Source: Lepidodermella squamata
Lineage: Eukaryota > Animalia > Gastrotricha
NCBI GenBank assembly: GCA_047495785.1
Contig: JBLDXI010000009.1
Span: 3,162,001-3,226,000, forward strand
Length of the DNA stretch: 64,000 nucleotides
Reading direction: 5' to 3'
Made by a program: the position numbers and the translations under genes. Shown here one piece after another: positions 36,780 through 48,708 of this stretch. Below the pieces are notes generated by a model. That model had not been told where the DNA came from and did not search any database. It saw only the letters and a list, made by a program, of their open reading frames with translations. Positions within the stretch are counted from its first letter, which is position 1, and the number at the start of each line of letters is the position of its first letter.

Positions 36780-39700
36780 ATGTATTTCAATACAATGCTG
36801 CCTACTTATCGCGAGAAACCTCAGGAGTCGGCGACAACAAGCCTTGTAATAGCCTGGGTTGATTTTTCCGTCCTAATCACCGGGCTGATTCTCAACCTGG
36901 TCGCGTTACAAGGCGTTATTTACGGAAAATTTGTCTTAACATGCTACCGGCGGTTTCTACTCAGCCTAATTGCGTCTGATATTTTGATGATTGGGCTGAA
37001 TCTTGTGTCTTTGGGTGATTTCGGCGCGATTGAACGGCTGTCGAATGTTGTCAGCCCCGGCTCGGCTGTTTCGATGCAGCAGTGCGTGGCGGCAATTATC
37101 CGCAATTTCACGCTGGCCTGCGTTTTCGCGAACCTCTTCAACCTATGCGCCATGAGTGTTGACCACTTCATCGGAATTGTAAGTTTTTTGCCGTTGCCTT
37201 TCCCTAGCAAACTTTATGTCTTCGAATGATCGTTACATAATTCAATTTTTCTGTTTTAATTTTTTTTTTTATTAAAATTATGATTATTTCTGTTTTTTAA
37301 ATTAAATTAATTGATTAGGATTGATTAGGATTAATTAGGATTCTGTTTTAAATATTCTGGTTACCTTCTTGGAATGGTCTTGAATTATGACAATAAGTTA
37401 TTCGGGGTGGGAAAAGAGTCGACGATTGCCGTTGCGAGATGATTTATCATCGATATTATCGCCATTATTCGAGCGTGAAATCGGCGCACTGAAGCGGGGG
37501 CTCGAAATGGAAATACGTTGAGATTGTCCGACTTCCTAATGAATTTTTTCAGCTTTGCGACAGCAACTAGAGCGTGATATTTAAGCGTGAAGAAAGCTAT
37601 AGAAATTTATTAAATTTTTTACATAAAACATTATTCATCGGTTCTACGACAACCAAGACCGGTAAACCGATTAGGCTAACTATTTTATTTTTTGTCATTC
37701 TAGACAGCGACATCGGAGACTGCGGTTAAATGAATTCAAATTCAAGTAATTGAGGCAAAAATATTCGTAAATATTTACACTACCAAAAATGAGGTTCCGA
37801 CTGTAAAATTAACCGTATGTTGGGTTCTAAGACGGTTTATATTGGAAAATAATCACCGATTTGTAAAATCGATACTTGGAATCGATATCGATTGACGTCG
37901 TAAACTGACCGCTCGTGGCGCAAAATACGGTTAATAAGTAGATCCATCGGTTATTAGTCATGAAACAAAAGCAATCGAGATTCTAGGAAGACGTGAAACT
38001 CGAAAAACCTGAATTTAGGGTGTGTGCTTAACACACCCATTAACTAGAGCCTCGCTTGGAGAAGATCCTTACACTGAAATTCTAAATGAATATCAGGAGA
38101 AAAAGAATTTTTTTTCCAATAAATTTTTATTTTCGGTAATAATTTCGAAGAGCAGTTTTAATAATTTTGCCTCGGCGGTTATCTAGGCTCGGTTATCAAA
38201 TCTGAGTAGTCGTGGTCTCAGTTTCCGGCGTCCGTATCAATAGATTACTGACTATTCAATAATTCTATAAATCATAAAAAAAATCGAATTTAATTTAATT
38301 TAATTCGGAGCCCCGAATTTTTCGAGGTCTTAGAATGATATTGCGAGTCATTAATTTTTTCGTCCCAAGCTAATGAATGTTTTTTCCTTATTCCCAAGTC
38401 ATACCCGCTCCGTTACCGACTGGTAAGTTGAATGGAAAGTCCGAAATTAACTCGATCTAACCTAATGTCGTAATCCTAAAAAAATCAGCTGATGGATAAG
38501 CGCATTATTCGATATGCCGTGCCACTAATCTGGCTGTTAGCTTTCCTGCTTGGCTTTGTCGACAGCATTTTCACGACAATCAACCACCTGGTGGCGCGGG
38601 CGAGTCGCGCTTGCGTCGTGTCCAACGACTATTTCGAGTCTTTCATCGAGGTGTTGCACAATTCGACGGCTAAAAATGACCTGGTTTCGTCCGGAGACGG
38701 CATTATGGTGCCGAAATCGCGAGAAATCATGGCTAATAGCAGCGCAGAGGAGGAAGAGATGTACGTTGATTCGTTCTACGACGAACTGAAACGACTGCTC
38801 AAATCAATCGAGGAAGAAAAGTATACATTCATCCTTCATCCTCATGAAAATGATTAATAACTAATTTAATAGGATGAAAGCTGAGTCACTGTCGATTCCA
38901 GACCCATCAGGCGACGGGCCACCAACAGCTACAGAGGCGTATTTGCGGACTTTGCAAACAACAGAGCATTACAGCCGGTTTCAGGCCAGCTGTGATTTGT
39001 GCCTATCTATGCTTTCGAACAAACTCTGGCTGGAAATTGTTGCCGTTGGCCTGTCGATTGTGTCGTTTTTCTTCCTCGCCATTTGCTACGGCAAGATTTT
39101 TCGCAAGGTTTCTGAGAATTTGAATAAACATTCGAAAAAGTGCAAATCGATACGAAAGCTCATTACTACAACCATTTTGCTCATCGGCGCCTTTGCCCTC
39201 ACTTGGCTTCCTTTCAGTTGGTAAGGATATTTTTGGAAAAATAATAGAACTTCTATTTTATTGAAAAGACCACCAGAATAAAAAGTTGGGAAAAGAATTT
39301 TTATGATTTTCAGCACCTGAAAGATGCAAATTTCGGGAAAATCACTGATTCAAAAAGTTGATAATTAAAATCGATAACAACTGCTCTTCCAAGTGAAAAT
39401 AATTCGATGGTATACAAAATACGCGAGAATGAAGATATAGAAATCTAAAAATATCATTTCGTGTCATTTTTTTGGAGGAGCCTCAAATTTAGCGCTTGGC
39501 CCGAAGTTTAGGGTGCCAACTTGGATTTTCGAATTCCGCCATACCTTTGAATTTTCGAATACGGTTTCATAACGGAAAAATAGAACAATTTTGCGTGCTC
39601 AGTCCCCATAACCTATAACCGATAAGATTTGCTCGTACGTGAAAGAATTAGATTATTTGGCGGCCTTGGGTCGCGTGGATTTAAGCTGGAATTAGGCTGA

Positions 39701-40416
39701 ACCCCAGAATAAATATAAGCGTTTAGACGTATTGGTTCCAGTAGTGTTAATTATTATCCCTTTTAAACTGAAGTATGAATAATAAAATAATTTTATTAAT
39801 TAAAAGTGATAGTCGATGGAGGATTCAATAGGTACGCAAAAAACAAAGAGGAAGAATCATGATTTTTGAAAACATTAAGGAGGACTAATTTTGATTAATT
39901 TTTATGATTTCAGCTTCGAAATTGGTGTTCTGTTATTTATTCATGTTTACGGCCAACCGATTCCTGTTGAAAAGTTGGTTGAAAATAATTCAATAATTCC
40001 GAGCCTTATTTTAATCGCGATGTCTCCTATTTTTCAGGCTGATGTTAGCTCACGACATTTTGAGGTCGCTTTTTATTACCTTCGCAATCATTCACCCTGT
40101 CGTCTACGTATCCGGCGTTCCAGCTGTCCGCCGATATATGGCCGAGCGCTACGGCTGCGTGTTAATTTTCGGCAAGCCGCCATCAGACGCGCGAATATCA
40201 ACGCCTGACGCGTCGTACTCAGAACGGCTGTACAGCCGGTCGGCGAGTCGAAGCAGTCGCCCGTTCGCCTCGATATCGTACCGCCACACACTACCGGCAA
40301 GTGCGTCGTACGTCCTAACGCCGATCGGCCCCAGCCTGTCGATCGCGTCATCGGTTTTCAACTACAACTGCGAAATTCCAGAAATTCTTATATCGGCGTG
40401 CAACGGCAATCCATAG
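36780..40416 (+). CDS. Class A GPCR, array copy 10
   Basis: CYRRFLLSLIASDI, MSVDHF, 24-nt exon 38399..38422, LC..KLWLE, TWLP, divergent TM7 FAIIHPVVYVSG. Confidence 0.9.
37778..38024. mobile_element. MITE family A, inverted deleted copy
   Basis: Starts cactaccaaaaatgaggttcc and ends gaatttagggtg. Interior is reverse-complement similar to 31580-31790. Confidence 0.7.
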
Positions 40417-40708
40417 CCGCCGATGACGATTGATTTTTTTATGCATGTCTGTCTCGAAACAATAATAAAAATATGAGCGGCTTTTTGAACACAAGTCACT
40501 ATCAATCACGACGTCATCAATCACACGTTGCCGCGCGACTTGCTTCTCCAAGAAGCTGCGCGGAAGAAATTTTATATCATCGCGAGATAAAAAAATCAAG
40601 ATCATCATTATGCGGCGGCATAAAATGCCCTGGGCGCGTCTTTCGGTGAAAACGAGGTCATCACCTAAATTACCTATTATGAAGCTGTCTAGCTGATAGG
40701 TACCACAA

Positions 40709-43598
40709 ATGATCCTATTGCAGAGTCCGAAAGGCTCTTTCATTTTTTTCGACTACGGCGTCGTATTTTTGGCCGTTATCGCCAATATTGTTGTGCTGTC
40801 TGCCGTTGTCGGGGCTAAATTCGGACTCTCAGGCTACCGGCGATTTTTGATCAGGTATATAATCGATTAATCAATATTTCTTTAAAAATCCATTTCAGCC
40901 TAACGGTGTCTGATTTATACATTTGCCTGGTTAACGTGCTAACGTTTTGCTATCAAATCTGGATGCTTTACTCGTCGACGTCGAGTGCCGAAAAATGTGG
41001 GGCGAATTTTTTGCGTGCTCTCCAGCTGGCTGGATTTTTCGGTAAAAAAAATAATTTTAAGCTGGATTTTTTCCTGATTTTTACCAATTTTTCAGCGAAT
41101 TTACTGAATTTATGCGGAATGAGTGTTGATCACTTTTGCGGAATCGTCTATCCTATGCAATATCGATACGTAAGCCATTAATTTTTTTGGTATATTTTCG
41201 CTAATTTTTTGTCGATAGTTCATGAGCGGAAGAGTCGCTCGCCTTGCTGTTGTGTTCATTTGGATTATCTCATTTTCACTCGGTGAGTCGTTAAAAATTG
41301 TTTTAATTTCAATTTTAATTTTGCCATAATCTTACAATTTAATTTAATTTTTTTATTTTTTATTTCACAGCATTTGTCGATTTTCCTTTCAACTGGATTC
41401 TATACGTAAATTTTGTCGCTCAAACCGATCAATCGTCTTCCCGGTTGGATTTACCCCTCAAGCGAAGTTCTTCCAGTAAAAATTTAGAAATTTTTCAATT
41501 TAACTAAACCAAAACCCCGAAATTTCAGATTCGTCAAATTACAACGATGAGGATTCATCTCTCAGCGCTATCAGCGCTCTTCTGGCTAGGAAGCACGGCA
41601 CTCTGCAAATAAATTACCAATTCGAGGAGAACTCTACCGAGCCTTATACGTCCCAAAAACTCCGTCTCGCTTCGTTCAACAGAGGCGGCCTGCCGCGAAT
41701 GAACGTGTCATCGCCGCTCGGCAATAAATTCATCGACCTCGACGCGACCTCGGCGCCTTTTGTCTCTACACCGGCGACAAATTTCAACAACCTCCTCAGC
41801 CAGTTTTACGACGACGAAACCGGCAAAAGTGCGTTCGATTCGCTGAGCTTAGAAGCTGCAGATCTCGAGTCGTTCATTGAATCGATGATCAACCCTAACA
41901 ACCCGCTTGATCTGAGGCTTGAAAATGAAAGCAACACATCAAGTACGCTGAACAGGATTTGGCAGGTTCTGCAGACGGAGAACCAGCAGACCGATTGGTG
42001 CACGTACTTTTCAGCCAATAAAATGTGGCTTGAAGTCTGCGTTATGATCCTCACCCTGGCCTGTTTCATCTTCCTTATCATCTGCTATGGGATTATCTTC
42101 AAAAAAGTTTCGGATAGCGTCGATACTTCGGGTAGAAGCACGAGAAAATTGATAATTACAACAATCATCCTGCTTTCAGCCTTCGCTATTTGGTGATTTT
42201 TTTATTTTTTTTCAAATTTGAGATTTCCAGTTGTAACTTGAAAGATTTGAAATATTTGTTGTTATTAATTTCGAAAATTATTTAATTTCAAAATTCAGAT
42301 TTTTTCCATTTTCTGAATTTTTAAAAATTTGAAAAATTTGGATTTTCTAAACTTTCTAAAATTTCATAATTTGGATTTTTTGAATTTTTGAAATTTTTGA
42401 AATTTTAATTTTTTCGTTTTTTTATTCAGTTCAAGTAAAAAGGAAAATTCAATAATCTCTGAATTTTAATAAATGTTTTGAAAATTTGGATAAATTAAAA
42501 AAATTGAAATTGAAATTTTTCAGCTGGCTTCCCTTCATGACGTTCGAAACGGCGATGCTCTTGATTTTTCAATACGATCGAGAGGCTAAAAACCATCAAA
42601 CCAAAAGCTTCCTAATAAAGTAAGGATTAATTCGAATTTTCTTGTTCCATTAACCCTTTATTTTAGCTTCTTCTTCCTCCACAATATGTTCAACTCACTT
42701 TTGATGACCTATCCTTTAGTCGGCAAGTTTTTGAGGTCATTGCCTAATTTTAGTTCAATTTTAGTTATTTATAGACCCAATAATTTATGCAGTTCGAGTG
42801 CCGGCAGTTCAAAAGTACATTATAATAACTTACTGTCGCTACATTCCATGCTGCCGACCCCTGGCGAGACGTATCAGCAACAGATCGCTGCATAGTACCA
42901 ACCACCGAATCGTCGTTTCCGAGGCTGATGATCTCCATGTTACAAGCTCTACCAATATCGACGGTTCATCGAGTAGTAACAGCCGAAGTCGGACTGAAAA
43001 CTCAACCCATCATCAGGGACAATCAACGATTAGGCGGAACCACGTCCGGCTGGATGGTTACCAACTCCACGTCCCGACCTCTTCCTACCCAGGCCGGAGC
43101 ATGGCCGAGAGTCGTAAGGCGCTTAGCTCGTCGAATTGTTACCACAACAAAGCAGCTGGGACGTCGGACGAGGCCGCCGAGCATAGGCATAGCATTCTGT
43201 CGGCTTCCCTAGCGAATCTTCGCCGGCTGAGCCAGGTGGCGATTCACCCGCGGCTGAGTGTCCGCAATAGCCTAGCGAATCTCCGCAACAGCATCCTGAA
43301 CCGGCCGAGTGTTTGCATGTCCTGCGTTAGGAACTCGACGAAGGGGTCGAAAGACTCGGTTGTTGAGATGGAAAGTGTTATTACGGCTAAAATGAGCCAG
43401 CCTGAAGTTAGCCCACCTGTTGCGATCGAGTCTCCTTCTAATAGATGTGTTACAGTCGTACCAACTGGCCTGCCTTTCGTTAAGCAGAACTCGAGCGATA
43501 ACGTGCGGCAGAAAGATTTCGCCGTTGGCGAGGATGGGCTCGACGAAACTGTTTTCGGCTACTACGGCGCTAGTGAGGTGTTCACCATGGATTTATAG
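40709..43598 (+). CDS. Class A GPCR, array copy 11
   Basis: ATG 40709 MILLQSPKGSF..GYRRFLI|SLTVSDL, KCGANFLRALQL, MSVDHF, WC..KMWLE, CWLP, YPLVDPIIYAVR (via GC-AG intron 42723..42774). C-tail in ORF 42798..43598. Confidence 0.92.
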
Positions 43599-43811
43599 TC
43601 GAGAAATTATAGAATTAGGCGTTATTATTTTTAAATTGCAGGCAGAGTTGTAATAAAACAGGGCTGTTTCAGCAAGCTTCCAGCTTTTGCCGACTCTTTT
43701 TCAATTGTAAACTATTGAAAGTTTCCAATTTCAGGTGAATTTCAAAATATTTCTCCGTTGATCTTATGGTGTGGGCGGCGAAAATTGTCTCGAATTCTAG
43801 AATCAGAAATC

Positions 43812-44272
43812 CAGCCACGAATTTTTAGTACATAAAACATGGATAAGTATCAGTCATCAGTCAGCCAATATACCAGATCGCATTTTGACCACTATTGCAT
43901 GGTACCAAAAATCGGCTGTAAATGGTTTTCAAGTGATGGATCCGTAAAAACCCACTCATTTCGAACTTCACAAATGTCCCAATCATTCAATTTATTCTCC
44001 AAAAATATTTCTCATCCTGCCTTGGTTCTACTTCATATTTCTCGAATGAGTACGGCTCGAAAACATATCGCTCAGGTAGCTGAAAGCTGAAATCAGAAAT
44101 TCTAGGACTATAGAAGTTAAGAATTACGAAAAAGATCAGAAAAAATCGAGATCGCGCAAACAGTTGGCAAAATTGATTGCTATTATGTCGCTGGAAACTC
44201 CGAAATATCGAAATATTCATGTCCGACTAGCTTCGCCACTCTTCCAGTCGCATTCAGCAAAATTCGTGGCTG
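43812..44272. repeat. Possible MITE with 14-bp inverted termini
   Basis: CAGCCACGAATTTT at 43812 and AAAATTCGTGGCTG ending at 44272. No clear target-site duplication (TSD). Confidence 0.4.
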
Positions 44273-45444
44273 AAAAGCTTCAGCCAGCTAGAAAATATTC
44301 CTGAATTGCAAGTTCCAATCGCCTTCCAATCGCTTCAATCGGTCTTCAAACTTGTCGATACTATAAACAACGTGTCCCAGAAGTTGCGCAACTATTTTTT
44401 AATTTGGCATTTTTTGTAGGAATTTTACTAAATCAAGCCTACGGAGAGAATATTCCATCTCTTATCCGCGATTCAACCGAAGAAAAAGAAAATTTACCTG
44501 AGAAAATCCGGAAACCACCAATGGTGACTGGTTTGGTAATTTTCGGTATTTTACCTGGTTGGACCCAAATTTCTCCGGACTTTTTTAGTCCCATTAACAA
44601 GTGACATAATTGATTACTATTCTCGTGATTTTTTTTTAATTTTTCGTACCTTTTTCTAGCCATCAGATGTGACTTCGCATCTCATTTTATAGCTTTTGGG
44701 GCTTTTGAAACTATAATTCGGATTCTAGCGTCAAAATCGAAATCGATAAACAAATTGAAAAATACAACCGAATGCCCCTGTGGCTTGAGTTTTGGTCAAC
44801 AAATTATTTGTCCAAGGCATGGTGGATGCGCTAGTTATTGTTTCCAATTTTAATTCATTTAACAGACCACGTGGCAGGAAATAAAACACACACCGCAAAT
44901 GCCCTACAATAATTCGCACCACACCAGCAAAAGTACGCAAAAGATAACTAACATTTTGCGCGCCGAACTGCGTCATATAATTCAGGCCTTGCTGGCGGCG
45001 CCACGCCCCGACTATAATAAAACAACCACGGACCTTGATTGCTGCCGATACTAAAAAAATGTTCATCGCACAGCGCGGCGAGGTAAGATAAAAAAAACTT
45101 GGCGGTTGTGTTACATACGTAAGCAGCAATAAAGATACTCATCATCAACGCTGCTTTGTTTACTTATTTGCTGTTGTAATAGCCTAGAGAAATGAACAGC
45201 GCATAACTCTTAACACTCTCAACGCGGTTTTTTATCGATGACGCCTTGATTTGCCTCGCCGTTGTAGTGCTCCCCTTCAAGAGTCAATTTCGATCACGGA
45301 GTCATCAATCATCTGACGCTTGCAAGCGTACACGCCGCCCGCCGCACAGCCTACATATTTTTTCAGCATTAGATTTTTTGTGCCAAAAAAGTTGAAACAG
45401 ACTGAACACTGGAATATTGTTAGATATTTTTATATTTGAGAGCA

Positions 45445-47769
45445 ATGGCTTTTATTGCAAAGGGCCCGATTTTGATCTACGACTTTGCTGTTGAAGTCGC
45501 CGCTGTTGTTGCAACAACCATCATGTTAACGGCAGTTTTGGGCTGCCGGCTCGAATTCTCCAGCTATCGACAATTTTTGATCAGGTTTCAGAGAAATCCT
45601 GGTAATTATTCAATTTTTTTAATTAATTTTTTAACAGTCTTTTCATCGCCAATATTTACATCTGCTTCGGCAATTTTCTGTCTACTGCTCATCAGACTGT
45701 CGTTTTGTTCAATACCGACTGGTACTTTTCACAGGAATGTCCTTTCATCATACTTCGGTCTCTCAATCTCGCTGGTTACCTTGGTATTTATTTCAAGAAA
45801 AAATGTGTCAAAAATTCTTAATATTTTTCGAATTTTCAGCAAGTGTTTTCACCCTATTCGGAATGACGCTAGACCACTTTTTGACAGTTCTTCACCCAAA
45901 TCAATACCGAAATGTAATTGAAAATTTCCCAAAAAAACTGTGAAATCGTGAATTTTTGTGCTTTTCTTTAGCTGATCAGCAAATCTGCGACAAGAGCTAC
46001 TATCCTGTTGATTTGGGTCGCAGCTTTTCTCCTTGGTATGCAAATAAAATTGAAAAAAGTCGGAAAATAATTTTTTAATTTTGCAGCTTTCATCGACTTC
46101 CCGATAAATTTGATTTACTACACGAATTATCGATCGCTAACTACCTCACCGATGAAAACCGAAGCAATTAAACCGTCCGGTTATAGCGCTGATAAAATCG
46201 GTAATTTTCAAGTAATTTTCGAAACTGCGTCCTCCGCATTTTTACGGCTTAATTAAATTCGAACGATGGGGAGTCATCTACATTTTACTTTGACACAAAA
46301 ACCGCCGAGCTATTTGGAATTAGCCCTTTGACATCACCACACGCGGTCGAAACCTCAAAAGTTGAAATCCGCGTTCGCGCACAAGCCGTCATTAATTATT
46401 CTAGCGGTCTAATTTTTTTTCATTTTTATTCCGAATTTTGCAGACACTCTTCCGTTTCCTTCCGACGTCGGAGCTGAGAGTTCTGCGTTTTTGCGAACCG
46501 AGCAAAAGCAGCCGTTATTTCTCCGCGTCGGCGAGTGGCAAATCGAGCACGAAGACCTACCCGCTCCACCGTTGGAGGGCAATGAGGATGACCTACTACC
46601 GAGTGCAATTATTGACCAAATAAGTTTCATGGCCATTGAAGACCTGCAAACTGGCTACGGTCCTGTCGCCACCACTCACCAAGCGACGCCAGGTTTGATA
46701 GCAGTTGGCGAGAATATACCGAAAACCTGGTGCCATTACGTCATTGCCAACCGGCTTTGGATGGAAATTTATTCGATATCTCTCGTCGGCTTTTGTATCT
46801 TTGTACTGGCTGTTGGGTATCTGGTTATAGCTCGAGGCCTGGTGAAAGGCGATGACCACAGCCGCAATGAAGTTGCGAAGAAACTTGTCGCTACAACTGC
46901 CATTGAGATAGCTTGCTTCGCTTTAATGTAAGGAAGAAAATAATTTTTTAACCTCAAAAATTTCTGTATCCTATTATTCCAAAATGGTATTTTTTCACAG
47001 GTGGTTACTTAAAATTTTGGTCCAATGGGTTAGAATTTGATAAAATAGGGAAATATATTATAGTCCCACTTTATTTTTTTATCCTCTTGAAAATTGCTTT
47101 AACGAAAATAGCAAAATAAGCAAACACAAATAGACCGATGAAATTCCTCTTCAGCGGCACTTCATCCGATTTTAGGTTGGTTTAGAGACATTTTTATATT
47201 GACGATCACGTGATTTATAGCTAAATTTGGTTTCCTCGCGGGTACGATGAAGAAAAAGGGGCCTAAAATCGAGGGTTCGAGGTAGGGCTGGTATGCCAAA
47301 AATAGCTTATTTTGCCCCTTCGGATTATCTATAGGCTTATTGGCCCAATAATTGAAATATTGATAGGACAAAAAAAGAATAAAAATTCTGAGATTTTTCC
47401 TAATTTTTTTGTAAATTATTAAGGTGGCTTCCTATATCAATTTACGACCTTTGGAAGGTAATAACAAACAAACCTGATCGGGATTATGAGCGAGCTATTC
47501 ACCTCACTTTCCACTCGGTGCTAATATCCTATCCTTTGATTGGTAAGACACAACAGATTTCGGAACAATTTCGCCTAATGTTACTTGTGATTTCAGTCCC
47601 AGTTATCGTTGCGTTCAGAATCCCGGCCGTTCAGCGGCATTTACTACGATCTTACTTCCCCTGTTGCCAACGCCGAGTCAACATGCAACATGCAGTGCTG
47701 AAAGCTAATCGTTCAGCTGAAACCCAACCGTTCACTTCTCAAGCAGAGGACATTAGCTACTTGAATTAG
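45445..47769 (+). CDS. Class A GPCR, array copy 12 (most degenerate motifs)
   Basis: MAFIAKGPI..YD, SYRQFLI|SLFIAN, ECP..LRSLNL, MTLDHF, WC..RLWME, LMWLP, YPLIVPVIVAFRIP. Short C-tail. ECL2 exon boundaries are less certain. Confidence 0.85.
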
Positions 47770-48708
47770 ATCTTGAAAGATCATGATATATTCTCATAAA
47801 ATACTCAACATAGGAATACTTGAATGAAATCGTCAATAGTAAACCAGTGAGACGTCCTTTCCTTATATATTTTTTGAAAGGCACTGACGTTAATAGATAA
47901 TACGTCTATATCGTATTGATGACTAATGAGTTTTTCTCGGCAATTGAGAGCACAGCATTCAGACGCATCACCGTCTCCCCGATTTGAAAACTATCAATGG
48001 CTATATGTGTGTATTTACCGGGTGCGAGAAGCAATGTTTTCTTATACCCTCAAATAAAAAAAAACTGAGATGCGGCCACGCTGTCAAAATAATTTGATTC
48101 CTGCATAAATTTTGCCATAATGTACCCTGTTTAGCAATGCGATAGATATGACAGCTCATAAGCGATTTCCCCCTCTCTACAACTGAAGAGCTTGACTAAT
48201 TTATATCGCCCGCGAGGCGTCAGGAGGATCACACGCATTCGGGTAATTCAATCCAAATTAAACTATAGCAAAACGAGACGGCCTCATTTTACGACTACTA
48301 AATACTCTAGCAAAGCATCTTATCACGGGGGAAATTTCAGAAAAATGCCGGCACATAATGCACATTGTTATCTATTGCGTTTACCCGCATCTTAATGGGC
48401 TCCAGGCTCGTGCGAAATGGCTTATAATGGCTTACTTTCCCACTTTTCCCGCTAAGGACCAGTGTGTTATTTTATGATTTCATGGTTAGCAGAGAACGAA
48501 CCTATGGTTAATGGCATACCGCGGGTATATACCGAAGAAAAAATCTTCTACTCAGTAGCGGCTAAGAAATCAAAATACGCCCAATATTTTGCCCTAATTT
48601 TTTTCTGCATATCTATTTTTTTTTAGAATTTATTTTAGGAACAATTGCAATATGGAAATAACATAACTGGAATTCTGTTGAATTTTTGTTCATGCCGAGA
48701 CAGGATTA

